A stretch of DNA of 64,000 nt from a virus, in IMG/VR virus record IMGVR_UViG_3300028392_000060, positions 9,471-73,470 of that record; one strand, 5' to 3'. Numbering within the stretch: position 1 is the stretch's first letter; each line of letters begins with the position of its first letter. The translations under genes and the position numbers were made by a program. Below are positions 35,595 through 45,807 of this stretch, one piece after another. A model generated the notes under the pieces. The model worked only from the letters and a program-made list of their open reading frames with translations, did no database searches and had not been told where the DNA came from.

Positions 35595-35888
35595 ATGTCA
35601 GCAAGATATGAAATAGAAGAAGGAACAAATGCAGTAATGGTATTTTATGGGGAGTCCCCGCAACCTTCTCTTTATCAACCAAATTGGCCAGGAGGGGATC
35701 CTTGGGCAGATATTGCAGAAGCAGAAACATGGGCAAAACTTTATATTGCATCAGTTACAGATGAGTCTGCTCCATACGCACCAAATCATCCAGGGGAAGA
35801 AGGCGCACCAAAGCCAACTCCAGAAGAAATTGCTGCAATGCAAGCCGAAATTGAAGCTCGTAAAAATCCTGCCCTTCCAAATGCTTAA
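35595..35888 (+). CDS. hypothetical protein
   Basis: ORF track; RBS AAGGAG; TGCTACAAT promoter at 35562. Confidence 0.7.
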   Translation: MSARYEIEEGTNAVMVFYGESPQPSLYQPNWPGGDPWADIAEAETWAKLYIASVTDESAPYAPNHPGEEGAPKPTPEEIAAMQAEIEARKNPALPNA

Positions 35889-35915
35889 ATAGTTTTAATT
35901 AAACAAAGGATTTAA

Positions 35916-36581
35916 ATGGAACACTATGACGTGTTGATTGCAACACCTGGATCCGTGTTAGAAGCACAATATGTAAAAAGTTTAGTTTTAACATTAGCCG
36001 AATGTGATAAACGTGGCATTTCTTATAAATGGCTTAATGCTTATTCTTCTTTAGTGCATCATGCACGGGAATTAACTGCATCGGGCGGTACTGGATTAGA
36101 ATTAAATCCAGATCATAAAGGTCCTGTAGGAGATTCTGTAACATATAAAAAGATATTCTGGATAGATTCAGATATTGCATGGACACCAGAACAATTTTTT
36201 AAAATTTATGATTCTGAATATGATGTAATTGCAGGATGTTATTTGTTAGCAGATGGAATTACAACTACAATACATCCATGGGGTAATAATAATGGAATTC
36301 CCGTCAATGAAATTTTACAAATGAAAGAACCTTTAAAAGTACAAAGTATAGGGTTTGGATTTGTTGCAATGAAATCAGGAGTATTTGAAAAATTACCAAG
36401 ACCCTGGTTTAAACATTTTGATCAAGCAGTAATGACATCTATGGGAAATCAAATTGTAGATTCTATAGGTGAAGACATATCTTGGTGTATTAAAGCATAT
36501 CAGGCAGGAATAAATATTTATTTTGATCCCGCCGTTCTAGTCAATCATATGAAGAAAATGGAAATTAAATGGCCGAAGTAA
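35916..36581 (+). CDS. GT-A fold glycosyltransferase-like protein
   Basis: VLIATP, FWIDSDI (DxD), GFGFVAMK..VFE, GEDISWC, H. Confidence 0.8.
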   Translation: MEHYDVLIATPGSVLEAQYVKSLVLTLAECDKRGISYKWLNAYSSLVHHARELTASGGTGLELNPDHKGPVGDSVTYKKIFWIDSDIAWTPEQFFKIYDSEYDVIAGCYLLADGITTTIHPWGNNNGIPVNEILQMKEPLKVQSIGFGFVAMKSGVFEKLPRPWFKHFDQAVMTSMGNQIVDSIGEDISWCIKAYQAGINIYFDPAVLVNHMKKMEIKWPK

Positions 36582-37282
36582 AAAAGAAAAGTATTTATAT
36601 AGCAACACCAATGTATAACTCTACATGTAGTGGGTATTATGCAAGAAGTCTAACAGATTTAGTAATCACATTATTACAAAATGGACATGAAGTACATTTT
36701 CAAGATGTATACAATTCCAGTTTAATAACAGAAGCTAGAAATTTTCTTACAGAAGATTTCCTTAGAAAAGGCTATGATTATATGTTATTTATAGATGCAG
36801 ATCAAGGTTTTAATCCTATGGGTGTATTAAAAATGATTGAAGAAGATGAAGATGTTATTGCTGGTGTAGTCCCGCTTAAAATTATAAATTGGGATGGTGT
36901 ACTACAAGCATCAAGGCAAGGTAAAATAGATTTACAAAATTATACAACTGCACATAATGTTGTTCCTTTAAATGATTTACAAGCAGACAGAAACAAAAAA
37001 ATTGAAGTAAAATCAGCGGGGACAGGATTACTTCTTATAAGTCGTAAAGTATTTGAAATTTTAAAACCCCTAGTAAAAACATATAAATTTTCAGGTACAC
37101 CTTGTTTAAATCTTAATCAAGGAGATTCTATTTCTAATTTTTGGGATTTGTACATTGATGATGATGGAAATAAATTTGGAGAAGATGTTAATTTTTGTAA
37201 ACTTTGGCGGGGAACTGGCGGAAAAGTTTATACAACATTTTGGCCACAAGCTACACACATAGGAAATCACGTATATCGTTAA
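36569..37282 (+). CDS. GT-A fold glycosyltransferase-like protein
   Basis: IYIATPMY, SLITEARN, LFIDAD, GTGLLLISR.VFE, GEDVNFC..WR, HIG. Confidence 0.8.
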   Translation: MAEVKKKSIYIATPMYNSTCSGYYARSLTDLVITLLQNGHEVHFQDVYNSSLITEARNFLTEDFLRKGYDYMLFIDADQGFNPMGVLKMIEEDEDVIAGVVPLKIINWDGVLQASRQGKIDLQNYTTAHNVVPLNDLQADRNKKIEVKSAGTGLLLISRKVFEILKPLVKTYKFSGTPCLNLNQGDSISNFWDLYIDDDGNKFGEDVNFCKLWRGTGGKVYTTFWPQATHIGNHVYR

Positions 37283-37390
37283 TGAATTTAGTTCAAAGAT
37301 CTGTTGAAAAAGGTGGAAAATTAGCCTATATATCAGTAAAAATGGCATTGAATTGTTCACTTTTTAAGAATTAGATGGTATTATTGGCAT

Positions 37391-37729
37391 ATGAGCAAAA
37401 TGAAAGTAACACCTATTGATGAGGTAAATTGGGGTCTATACGCCTGGATGATGCCAGATGAAACACTTGTTATGGATGAAGAAGGTGGATATTTAAGTAT
37501 TCCTTCTATGAAAGGCGATATCCGTCAAATAAAAAAACTTAAAGATGCAGCAAAGCACTACGGCTTAGAGGATGGTCATCCAGTATTTTTTGCGGGGCAT
37601 AGACCAGTAGACAATGAAGAACTTGAAACGCAAAAACAAAGAATGGAATTGGGTCTTGTACCAGATGTTATGGACACTCCAGCAATGCTTGAATATTATA
37701 AAGAAATGAAAGAGATGAAAATTGGCTAA
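37391..37729 (+). CDS. hypothetical protein preceding portal
   Basis: ORF track; overlaps the portal start. Confidence 0.7.
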   Translation: MSKMKVTPIDEVNWGLYAWMMPDETLVMDEEGGYLSIPSMKGDIRQIKKLKDAAKHYGLEDGHPVFFAGHRPVDNEELETQKQRMELGLVPDVMDTPAMLEYYKEMKEMKIG

Positions 37730-39302
37730 TTTAACTATAGATGACAGTATTGACGATGATGAGAGTGGAATTACAGTTAAGTTAGATGCTCCATCTCATA
37801 CAGTAGAGCATGATTTTAATGATCCATTTAATGCTCCGTGGGAAGATATTAGAAAAGCAGAAGGTTTAAGTCCTAATTTTCGCAGACAAGCATCAAGACT
37901 TGAAAAGTCATTTGTGGGGCAGGGTGATGCAAAATCTAAAAAGCTTGATCCACTTGATTTAACAGGTTATTCTTTATTCCAAATTGTTCAACCACCATAC
38001 AATGTTCTTTACTTAGCACAATTATATGATGTGTCTCCATATCATCATTCTGCTGTTAATGCTAAAGCAGCAAATGTCGTGGGTTTAGGATATAAATTTG
38101 AAAATACATGGAGCACAACTTCTAAAATTGAAGAAGTTATGGATACTCCAAAAAAACTTGATAAGCTACGTTCAAAAATTGAGGGGTTAAAAGAACAGTT
38201 AAGAAACTATTTAGAATCACTTAATTCAGATGATTCATTTACAGAAACAATGAAAAAGATTTTTATTGATTTAGAATCAACTGGTAATGCATACATGGAA
38301 GTTGGTCGGATGACAAATGGAAAGATTGGTTATATTGGCCATGTTCCTACAACCACTATGCGTATCCGCCGTCATCGTGATGGTTTTGTACAAGTTGTTT
38401 ATAACCGCTATACATTTTTTAGAAACTTTGGAGATACTGAAACTCCAGATCAAATAGGTACAGATCCACAACCAAATGAAATAATTCATTTTAAAGTATT
38501 TACTCCTTCAAATACATATTATGGAGTGCCAGATGTTCTTTCTGCAAAAAATGCAGTTGCAGGAGATGAATTTGCACAGCGTTTTAACTTAGATTATTTT
38601 GAAAATAAAGCTGTTCCACGTTATATTATTACAGTAAAGGGAGCAAAACTTACTGCTGATTCAGAGCGTAAATTGCTTGAATTTTTTCAAACAGGATTAA
38701 AGGGAAGAAATCATAGAACTCTTTATATTCCATTGCCTTCAGATGGAGAACAAGGTCGTGTTGAGTTTAATATGGAACCAATTGAAGCTGGTATTCAAGA
38801 CTCATCATTTAGAAATTATGCTGTAGAAAATAGAGATCGTATTCTTCTTTCTCATCGGGTTCCAGTATCAAAGCTGGGAATGCCAGCAAATGTATCATTG
38901 GCAAATGCTAAAGATGCAGATAAAACATTTAAAGAACAAGTTTGTCGTCCACGTCAAGAAGAACTTGAGTTTAAAATTAATTTGATTATTAGAGAATTTA
39001 CAGATGCATTTGTTTTAAGATTTAATGAACTTGCACTTACAGATGAAGAAACTCAATCACGAATTGATGATCGTTATCTTAAAGATCAAGTTATTACTCC
39101 TAACGAAGTTCGTCAACGTCGTGGAATGGCTCCCCTTGAAGGCGGAGATGCGGTTCTTGTTCTTAATCCAAAACAACTACAAGATGCAGCCTCTGATGCA
39201 AGTGGAAATAAAACTCGTGATCAAAATAGAACTTTAAATGCTCCAGATAAGATGGGAACTGCCCGTAATGCTAAGGGCGAAGGACGGCAAGAAGGAAATT
39301 AA
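37722..39302 (+). CDS. portal protein
   Basis: TGNAYMEV, EIIHFK, YYGVP, YFEN.AVP, ITPNEVR...GM.PLEGGD. Confidence 0.93.
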   Translation: MANLTIDDSIDDDESGITVKLDAPSHTVEHDFNDPFNAPWEDIRKAEGLSPNFRRQASRLEKSFVGQGDAKSKKLDPLDLTGYSLFQIVQPPYNVLYLAQLYDVSPYHHSAVNAKAANVVGLGYKFENTWSTTSKIEEVMDTPKKLDKLRSKIEGLKEQLRNYLESLNSDDSFTETMKKIFIDLESTGNAYMEVGRMTNGKIGYIGHVPTTTMRIRRHRDGFVQVVYNRYTFFRNFGDTETPDQIGTDPQPNEIIHFKVFTPSNTYYGVPDVLSAKNAVAGDEFAQRFNLDYFENKAVPRYIITVKGAKLTADSERKLLEFFQTGLKGRNHRTLYIPLPSDGEQGRVEFNMEPIEAGIQDSSFRNYAVENRDRILLSHRVPVSKLGMPANVSLANAKDADKTFKEQVCRPRQEELEFKINLIIREFTDAFVLRFNELALTDEETQSRIDDRYLKDQVITPNEVRQRRGMAPLEGGDAVLVLNPKQLQDAASDASGNKTRDQNRTLNAPDKMGTARNAKGEGRQEGN

Positions 39303-39304
39303 AA

Positions 39305-40171
39305 ATGGCAACAGGACTAGATGTTTTAAATGTTGCCAGAACACAAATAGGCTTTGTTGAAGGCCCAAATAATGAAAGTCCTTATGGAACATGGTTTGGA
39401 ATCCCAAATCAACCTTATTGCGCTATGGGAATTAGTTGGTGTTTTGCACAAGTTGGTTTATCACATTTAGTTGCGGGACAAACAATAAAGGGATTTGCTT
39501 CTTGTCAAGTTGGGTTAAGTTGGTTTCAACGTCAAGGTAAAGTTGTAAACAAATTTCAAGGACAACCAGGAGATATTGTATTTTTTTCATTTTCAAATAA
39601 CGGTCAGGCAGACCACGTAGAACTTCTTGAAGCGGCTTCTCCAAATGGAATAACAACTATTGGATTTAATACAAGCCCAGATCATGTAGATGGAAGCCAA
39701 AGCAATGGCGGTGGCTGTTATAGAAGACATAGGCCGTATTTAAATGTTATTGCAATAGTAAGACCAGCCTATCCAGTATTGCTTAAACCAACAATTGCAG
39801 TTTCTAAAACTAAAAAAGCAACTGCAGGTGTTGCAACAACTGGAGCTTTAGTTGCGGGAGCAACAGGAGCAGTAACAACTGGACCTACATCTAGTTCACC
39901 TACTCCCACCCCCAGCCCTACTGTATGGGCCGCACCACCGTTTCCAATAGATAAAACTTCTTTTATAATTGGTGCAAAAAGTGATGCAGTATTGGCAGTA
40001 GAAATGGCTTTAGCAAAATCGGGTTTATTGCCTACAGAATATGTTGATGCTTTAATGGATGCACACACTGTATCTGCTTTAAAGAAATATGAAATTAAAA
40101 ACCCTAAACTTGGCATCAAAGATGGGTCTGTAAATCAAAAAGTTTATGATGCATTAAAGGCAACAATATGA
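39305..40171 (+). CDS. CHAP-domain endolysin with C-terminal peptidoglycan-binding-like domain
   Basis: PYCAMGISWC, PGDIVFF, DHV, TIGFNTS; Pro/Thr linker. Confidence 0.8.
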   Translation: MATGLDVLNVARTQIGFVEGPNNESPYGTWFGIPNQPYCAMGISWCFAQVGLSHLVAGQTIKGFASCQVGLSWFQRQGKVVNKFQGQPGDIVFFSFSNNGQADHVELLEAASPNGITTIGFNTSPDHVDGSQSNGGGCYRRHRPYLNVIAIVRPAYPVLLKPTIAVSKTKKATAGVATTGALVAGATGAVTTGPTSSSPTPTPSPTVWAAPPFPIDKTSFIIGAKSDAVLAVEMALAKSGLLPTEYVDALMDAHTVSALKKYEIKNPKLGIKDGSVNQKVYDALKATI

Positions 40172-40518
40172 AGTTAAAACATCATTTTAAGTTTAATATA
40201 TCAGATGCAAAACAGCTTGGAATCGCTCTTATAAGCTCGTATGGAATGTGGGCAGCTACTGGGTTTCAAAAAAGCATTACAGGCTTAATGTATCCAATAA
40301 TGGGGTTTGTTACTGGAGGTTTGGCTTCCCACCATAGCACCTCTAGTCCAAATATTTTGCCAGAAAATCATATTGAAACCCCTTATGTAAACAATATAAA
40401 TGATGGAAATAAAGGGTCTCCAATGACAAATACAGAAATAAAAACATATGCTCCCGAAGTTGCGGATGTAAAAAAAGTCATTAAAATAAACAGCAATATT
40501 ATAAAAAATATTAGTTAA
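40168..40518 (+). CDS. membrane protein, possible holin
   Basis: Two short hydrophobic segments; overlaps the endolysin stop. Confidence 0.45.
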   Translation: MKLKHHFKFNISDAKQLGIALISSYGMWAATGFQKSITGLMYPIMGFVTGGLASHHSTSSPNILPENHIETPYVNNINDGNKGSPMTNTEIKTYAPEVADVKKVIKINSNIIKNIS

Positions 40519-40560
40519 AATTATGAGTTAGTTATAAATCCTGCTATTATTTATTTACAT

Positions 40561-41997
40561 ATGGATATTCAAAAAACTTATTGGTCAAACAGCGAATCAT
40601 CTATGGCTCTGGCTTTTCCTATTTCTAAGGTTAATAAGGAAAAGAGAACAGTCTCAGGTTTTGCATCCCTGGACAATTTAGATCGTCATGGAGATATTGT
40701 AACATCAGAAGCAAACAAAAAAGCTTTTGAAAGATTTAGAGGAAATATTCGTGAAATGCACGGACCAGTGGCAGTTGGTAAAATGCTTAATTTTAAAGAA
40801 GACAATTTTTTTGATCCAGAAACAAATAAAAAATATAATGGTATTTATGTAACTGCTTATATTTCAAAGGGCGCCCAAGATGCTTGGGAAAAAGTTCTTG
40901 ATGGAACATATTCAGGATTTTCAATTGGTGGAAATATTGTTGATGCTAAAATGGAAAAATCTGATGATGGTTCAAATAAAGATCGCAGAGTAATTCATGA
41001 TTATGATTTACATGAACTATCGCTAGTAGATTCTCCAGCAAATCAACTTGCAAACTTTTTTTCTATTGAAAAAAATACAGATGGAAGTACTTTTGTAAAA
41101 GGTATGATTGCAGACGTTACATTAGAAAATGTTTTTTGGTGTAAGCAAGATGAAATTGCTTCAACATCAAATGCAACAACAAAAGACTGCGTTGTATGCG
41201 ATGCACAAATGATTAATATTGGTTGGGTAGAACAAGCAGATATTGAAAAGTTTGAAGCAATTGAAAAAGTAATTGATTCTTATTTTAAGAAAGATGATGC
41301 GCCAACATCAGCACATGAAGCAACAGAGACAGCGTCTCCAGGTTTGGCGGGGAATGTAATTGATAGCAATGCTACAATTAATCTTTATCCCGATCAAAAT
41401 AAAACAAAACAAAAAGTTACGTTTGATAACGGACTTAAAAAGAGTGATGATATTTCACTCACAGAAGGAGGTAACAAAATGGCAGAAGATACAAATGCAG
41501 CAATTGAGAAGTCAATTGATGTAGAGACTCCAGCCGAAGAAGTTTCAATTGTTTCCGAAACTCCAGATGCTACACTTGAAAAAGCTGTAGAAATTTCAGA
41601 GGTTGAAGATACACTTGATTTAACAAAGATGGTCACTGACCTCAAGACCTTCTTTGGTGAGTCTATTACAAAATCTAATGAGAACTATGCTACACACGCA
41701 GCAACAGTTCAAGATATGTACAACATTGTTAACGAAACTAGAGCTGAAATGGCTCGTTTGTCAAAGGGATATGAGGATATCTCAAAGTCAAATGAAGAAA
41801 TCGTTGCAAAGTATGAAGCATTAAATAAGTCAGTAACTGATATGTTCGGAAAAATTGAGTATGTTGATCATGCTTTAAAGAACTTTGAAGCAGCTACTGC
41901 AGTACAGAAGTCCGTTGGGGTACAAGCTCCAATGGGTCAAACAAAACCAAAACAAAGTGTATGGCAAGGTGCTTTCCTCAGTGCTTCAAACATATAA
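40561..41997 (+). CDS. prohead protease fused to scaffold
   Basis: RTVSGFAS, DRHGDIV, REMH, GFSIGG, ELSLVDSPAN; acidic coiled-coil C terminus. Confidence 0.9.
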   Translation: MDIQKTYWSNSESSMALAFPISKVNKEKRTVSGFASLDNLDRHGDIVTSEANKKAFERFRGNIREMHGPVAVGKMLNFKEDNFFDPETNKKYNGIYVTAYISKGAQDAWEKVLDGTYSGFSIGGNIVDAKMEKSDDGSNKDRRVIHDYDLHELSLVDSPANQLANFFSIEKNTDGSTFVKGMIADVTLENVFWCKQDEIASTSNATTKDCVVCDAQMINIGWVEQADIEKFEAIEKVIDSYFKKDDAPTSAHEATETASPGLAGNVIDSNATINLYPDQNKTKQKVTFDNGLKKSDDISLTEGGNKMAEDTNAAIEKSIDVETPAEEVSIVSETPDATLEKAVEISEVEDTLDLTKMVTDLKTFFGESITKSNENYATHAATVQDMYNIVNETRAEMARLSKGYEDISKSNEEIVAKYEALNKSVTDMFGKIEYVDHALKNFEAATAVQKSVGVQAPMGQTKPKQSVWQGAFLSASNI

Positions 41998-42031
41998 AAA
42001 AATATAAAAAAACAAGGTGGTGAAATAATAA

Positions 42032-43180
42032 ATGAGTAATGAACTTCTACAAAAAGTCATTGATACAACAAATCTTGGTTCTTCAGCTGTTAACGCTTCT
42101 GGCGATTCATCTAACCTCTCTGGTAATGGTTTACTATATCCAGATCAGGCTAATCGTTTCCTAGATTACATGTGGGATGCTACGATTCTTGCTAAGGCAG
42201 CTCGTACAATCCGTATGCGTTCAAACACAACCGAAATTGATCGTGTTGCAGTTGGACAACGTATCATGACAGTTGCACAGGAAGATAATCCACGTAATTT
42301 CGTGGCAAGTGGAGATAGCTATACAAATGCTAATTCTACAACTTTCTCTGCACAAAATGCAACATTCAACAAGGTTTCGCTTACTACTCGTAAGCTACGT
42401 CTTGACTGGGAACTTTCAGCAGAATCTCTAGAAGATAACGTTGAGGGTCCAGATCTTGAAGATCACATTGCACGTCTTATGGCTACCCAAGCTGGTAACG
42501 ATATTGAGGATACCCTTATTAACGGTACTGGTTCTGGTAGTGGTTTGATGTCAGCATTTGCAGGCTTCCGTTCACTAGCATTAAGCAACGCACACGTTGT
42601 TGATGCTGCTGGATATGGACTTGACAAAACAATTTTCAACCAAGCAATTAAGACTTTGCCTCGTAAGTACAAGCAACGTCGTAACCAACTACGTTTCTTC
42701 ACAGGATCTAACTTGGTACAGGACTACTTGTTCAACTTGACAGCCAACGCTGGTAACGGAAACCCATTTGATATCGCTTCAGGTATCATTCGTGGTGATG
42801 TTGCTGCTAACGATGGTGGTCCAGGCACAGTAACTCCGTTTGCCTTTGGCATTCCAGTTATCAACGTTCCTTTGATTGATGAGACTCGTGCGGGAGATTA
42901 TTCTTCTCCTTCAGGATCACACGGTGATGTCCACTTGACATTCCCACAAAACTTCATTATTGGTATCAAGCGTGATGTAACAGTCTATCGTTTGTTCCAG
43001 CCAAAGAAGGACACAATTGAATACACTCTATTCATTCGTGTCGGTTGCGTAATGGAAAACTACGATGCACACGTTATCGTTAAAAACGTTAAGGTTGCAG
43101 GTTCAGTATCTAGCATTACATTTGGAACTCCATATAATGGTTCAAATGTAACTGGTGGAACTAACGGAAATACATACTAA
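42032..43180 (+). CDS. major capsid protein (HK97 fold)
   Basis: Position after protease; ESLEDNVEG, GNDIEDTLING, FGIPV; strongly biased codon usage. Confidence 0.92.
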   Translation: MSNELLQKVIDTTNLGSSAVNASGDSSNLSGNGLLYPDQANRFLDYMWDATILAKAARTIRMRSNTTEIDRVAVGQRIMTVAQEDNPRNFVASGDSYTNANSTTFSAQNATFNKVSLTTRKLRLDWELSAESLEDNVEGPDLEDHIARLMATQAGNDIEDTLINGTGSGSGLMSAFAGFRSLALSNAHVVDAAGYGLDKTIFNQAIKTLPRKYKQRRNQLRFFTGSNLVQDYLFNLTANAGNGNPFDIASGIIRGDVAANDGGPGTVTPFAFGIPVINVPLIDETRAGDYSSPSGSHGDVHLTFPQNFIIGIKRDVTVYRLFQPKKDTIEYTLFIRVGCVMENYDAHVIVKNVKVAGSVSSITFGTPYNGSNVTGGTNGNTY

Positions 43181-43198
43181 TTTTTAATTAGTTGCAAG

Positions 43199-43234
43199 CG
43201 TAAGGGAGATAGAAATATCTCCCTTACGTATTTT
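43199..43234 (+). terminator. intrinsic terminator after capsid gene
   Basis: CGTAAGGGAGATA-GAAA-TATCTCCCTTACG-TATTTT. Confidence 0.85.
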
Positions 43235-43267
43235 CTGATATAATAAACAATGACGAGAGGAAGTCAA

Positions 43268-43666
43268 ATGTCATTTACAGATCTAAAAATTACAGAATTA
43301 AGAAAAGTTGCAGATTCTTTTGCTATTGATGCTAAAGAATTAAAAACAAAACAAGAAATTATTGCAATTCTTGAAGAAGAAGGAATTAGCTATCAAATGT
43401 ATGCTAAGTTTAATAAAGCTGAAAAAGAAGAAATTAAAGTTCCTGAAAATGAAAAGAAAAAGAGAGAGCAAAAAATTATGAAAACAGCAAATCAGATTTT
43501 AGTAAGAATGGTTAGAGATAATCATTCATATCAAACAGGTGGATATGAATTTACACAAGAACATCCATTTGTTGCCATGTCAGAAACAGATGCTCAAAGA
43601 ATTTTTGATACTCAAGAGGGATTTCGCATAGCGACCCCTAGAGAAGCTCAAGAATACTACGCATAA
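43268..43666 (+). CDS. head-associated protein with Rho-N-like N terminus
   Basis: LKITELRKVA...KTKQEII; start set by RBS GAGGA. Confidence 0.65.
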   Translation: MSFTDLKITELRKVADSFAIDAKELKTKQEIIAILEEEGISYQMYAKFNKAEKEEIKVPENEKKKREQKIMKTANQILVRMVRDNHSYQTGGYEFTQEHPFVAMSETDAQRIFDTQEGFRIATPREAQEYYA

Positions 43667-43689
43667 AAAATAAATAGGGGGTGTTGTAA

Positions 43690-44646
43690 TTGCAAACAAT
43701 CAACACAAATAGTCAAGTAAAGATTTATCTGCGAGTATACAAAGATGGAGTTCTATCTCAAGTAGATTCTGCAACAAATCCTACTTTATCAATTTTTAAT
43801 GCTGATAGCGATACAAATGCAATTACAAATTTTTCATCTTTAAATTCTATTAATGAAGCCCCTTCAGGAGTATATTCTTATCTTTTAACCCCCGCTATAA
43901 CTAATATAAACAGAATCTTAGAAGTAAGATGGTCTTATATCATTGGCGGGGTTACAACAACTCAAACAGATTATTATCAAGTTGAAACTCCATATGCTAC
44001 AATTTCAGAAGTTGTTGATTTTCTTCAATTTGGGTCAGATCCAGCAAGTTTAAATTATGTTGACTCAAACAGTATAATCAATGCAGAAAAAGTCGCCAGA
44101 ACCATCGTAGAGGGCTATACAGGTATAAAATTTTATACATACTATGGAAGTCAAGAAGCTCATGCAATTGGCGCTAATACAATTCAATTAACAGAAAAAA
44201 TGTTAACAGTTGATAAAATGTATGAAAATCAAATTCTTGTATATGATGGAACGCAAAACCCTGTATACGATACATTTGGTTACAATACGGAAATCAGTCC
44301 TAGCGGATATCAATTAAGAATTTGGTACCCCGCCTTCCCTACTGGCTGGAATAATGAAATGGATCCTACTATTTATGAAGCGGGACGTTTTAGGGATAAT
44401 TATCTTTATAAATTTGTAGGGCAAATTGGTTATAAGTATGTTCCAGAAGATATTAAATTGGCGACTATGCTTTTAATCAATGATGTTCTTTCAAATGATT
44501 ACAATTGGAGGAATAAATATTTGTCAAAAGTTAACCTAAGCGAAATTTCATTTGAAATGGCTAAAGGTGCTTTTAATGGTACAGGAAATATTACAGTTGA
44601 TAATATTCTTGATCAATATCGTAAAACAAATATTGTTATCATTTAA
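43690..44646 (+). CDS. head-to-tail adaptor
   Basis: PYATISEV, ARTIVEGYTG, GYKYVPEDIKLA, TGN..VD.ILDQY. Confidence 0.8.
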   Translation: MQTINTNSQVKIYLRVYKDGVLSQVDSATNPTLSIFNADSDTNAITNFSSLNSINEAPSGVYSYLLTPAITNINRILEVRWSYIIGGVTTTQTDYYQVETPYATISEVVDFLQFGSDPASLNYVDSNSIINAEKVARTIVEGYTGIKFYTYYGSQEAHAIGANTIQLTEKMLTVDKMYENQILVYDGTQNPVYDTFGYNTEISPSGYQLRIWYPAFPTGWNNEMDPTIYEAGRFRDNYLYKFVGQIGYKYVPEDIKLATMLLINDVLSNDYNWRNKYLSKVNLSEISFEMAKGAFNGTGNITVDNILDQYRKTNIVII

Positions 44647-45104
44647 TGTTTAATAAAAATTATTCAAATTCATTTGTAGGGTCAGTTTTGAATATGTCTG
44701 CTGATATATATACACAACAAAATACACAAGATCCAGATACGGGGGCTATAAAGCGTTCCTGGGTATATTCAAAAACTATACAATGTAAAATTTCTCCTGT
44801 TAAAATAAAAGGCGCCTCAACTAGAACCGATAATAAAAGTTTTGGGAATACATCTGATTTAAATTATAATGAAAAAATACAACTAAAAATGTATTGTTTT
44901 GAATTATTAAGTAAGCGTTCACGCATTGAAAATATTCGTACAAGCAATAATGCTCCAATTTTTATTGAAATTGATAAAATAAATAATCCAGATACTAAGT
45001 TTGAAGTTACAGGCTCCCATGCTGTTATGGACCCATTTGGAAAAATTGCTTATTACGAAACATCTCTTTTAAGAACCGAGTTACAAGATGACTCTCAAGC
45101 TTGA
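44646..45104 (+). CDS. head closure/stopper protein
   Basis: Synteny and size. Confidence 0.65.
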   Translation: MFNKNYSNSFVGSVLNMSADIYTQQNTQDPDTGAIKRSWVYSKTIQCKISPVKIKGASTRTDNKSFGNTSDLNYNEKIQLKMYCFELLSKRSRIENIRTSNNAPIFIEIDKINNPDTKFEVTGSHAVMDPFGKIAYYETSLLRTELQDDSQA

Positions 45105-45807
45105 AATTGACACAAAACAATTAGTTAATGAACTTAGCGGTTTAGTTGTTGGGCTAGAAGAACTTACAAAGCCAACAGTATTATCTGAAATATCTAAAGC
45201 AGTATTTTCAATTACTGGAGAAAGATTTATGTTGGCTGCCGATAATTATGCAAGATTAAATCCTAAAAAAATGCATCATGTTTATGAATGGGGCGGTATT
45301 GGTAGACCTACATCAAGACTTTTTGTTTTAGAAAGAAGTCAAATTATTTATGGAAATCTTATAATTTCTGCAAATTTTTTGCCATCTAGGATACCAGTTC
45401 CAATTAACCCTGAGTTGTTACAACCTGGCAGAACTGGGAAAATTGTATCTAGAAAAAATATATTTAGAAATAAAGCAGAAATTATGGAAAGAGGAACTCC
45501 TGTTTCTTTTTCTGCAAAAAGAGTATTAGCTTTTATGGGAAATGATGGAATAGCTTTTATATCACCAGGAACACAAGTTAACATTTTACATCCAGGTGGC
45601 ATAAATACAACAAATTCATTTACAAAATATTTAGTTGAATGGTATACTAAAAAGGGTAATGTTATAATGGAATCTTCTGGATTTTATGAAAAATTATCTA
45701 ATAACGTAGCTTTAGCATTAAGTTCTAATAAACCTAATATTTCTACAGTACGTGCAGCAGTTACAAAAATTGTAAATCAAATTGATTTGGGAGTAATTAT
45801 AAAATGA
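45088..45807 (+). CDS. neck/tail completion protein
   Basis: Synteny; HHVYEWG, KAEIMERG. Confidence 0.6.
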   Translation: MTLKLEIDTKQLVNELSGLVVGLEELTKPTVLSEISKAVFSITGERFMLAADNYARLNPKKMHHVYEWGGIGRPTSRLFVLERSQIIYGNLIISANFLPSRIPVPINPELLQPGRTGKIVSRKNIFRNKAEIMERGTPVSFSAKRVLAFMGNDGIAFISPGTQVNILHPGGINTTNSFTKYLVEWYTKKGNVIMESSGFYEKLSNNVALALSSNKPNISTVRAAVTKIVNQIDLGVIIK

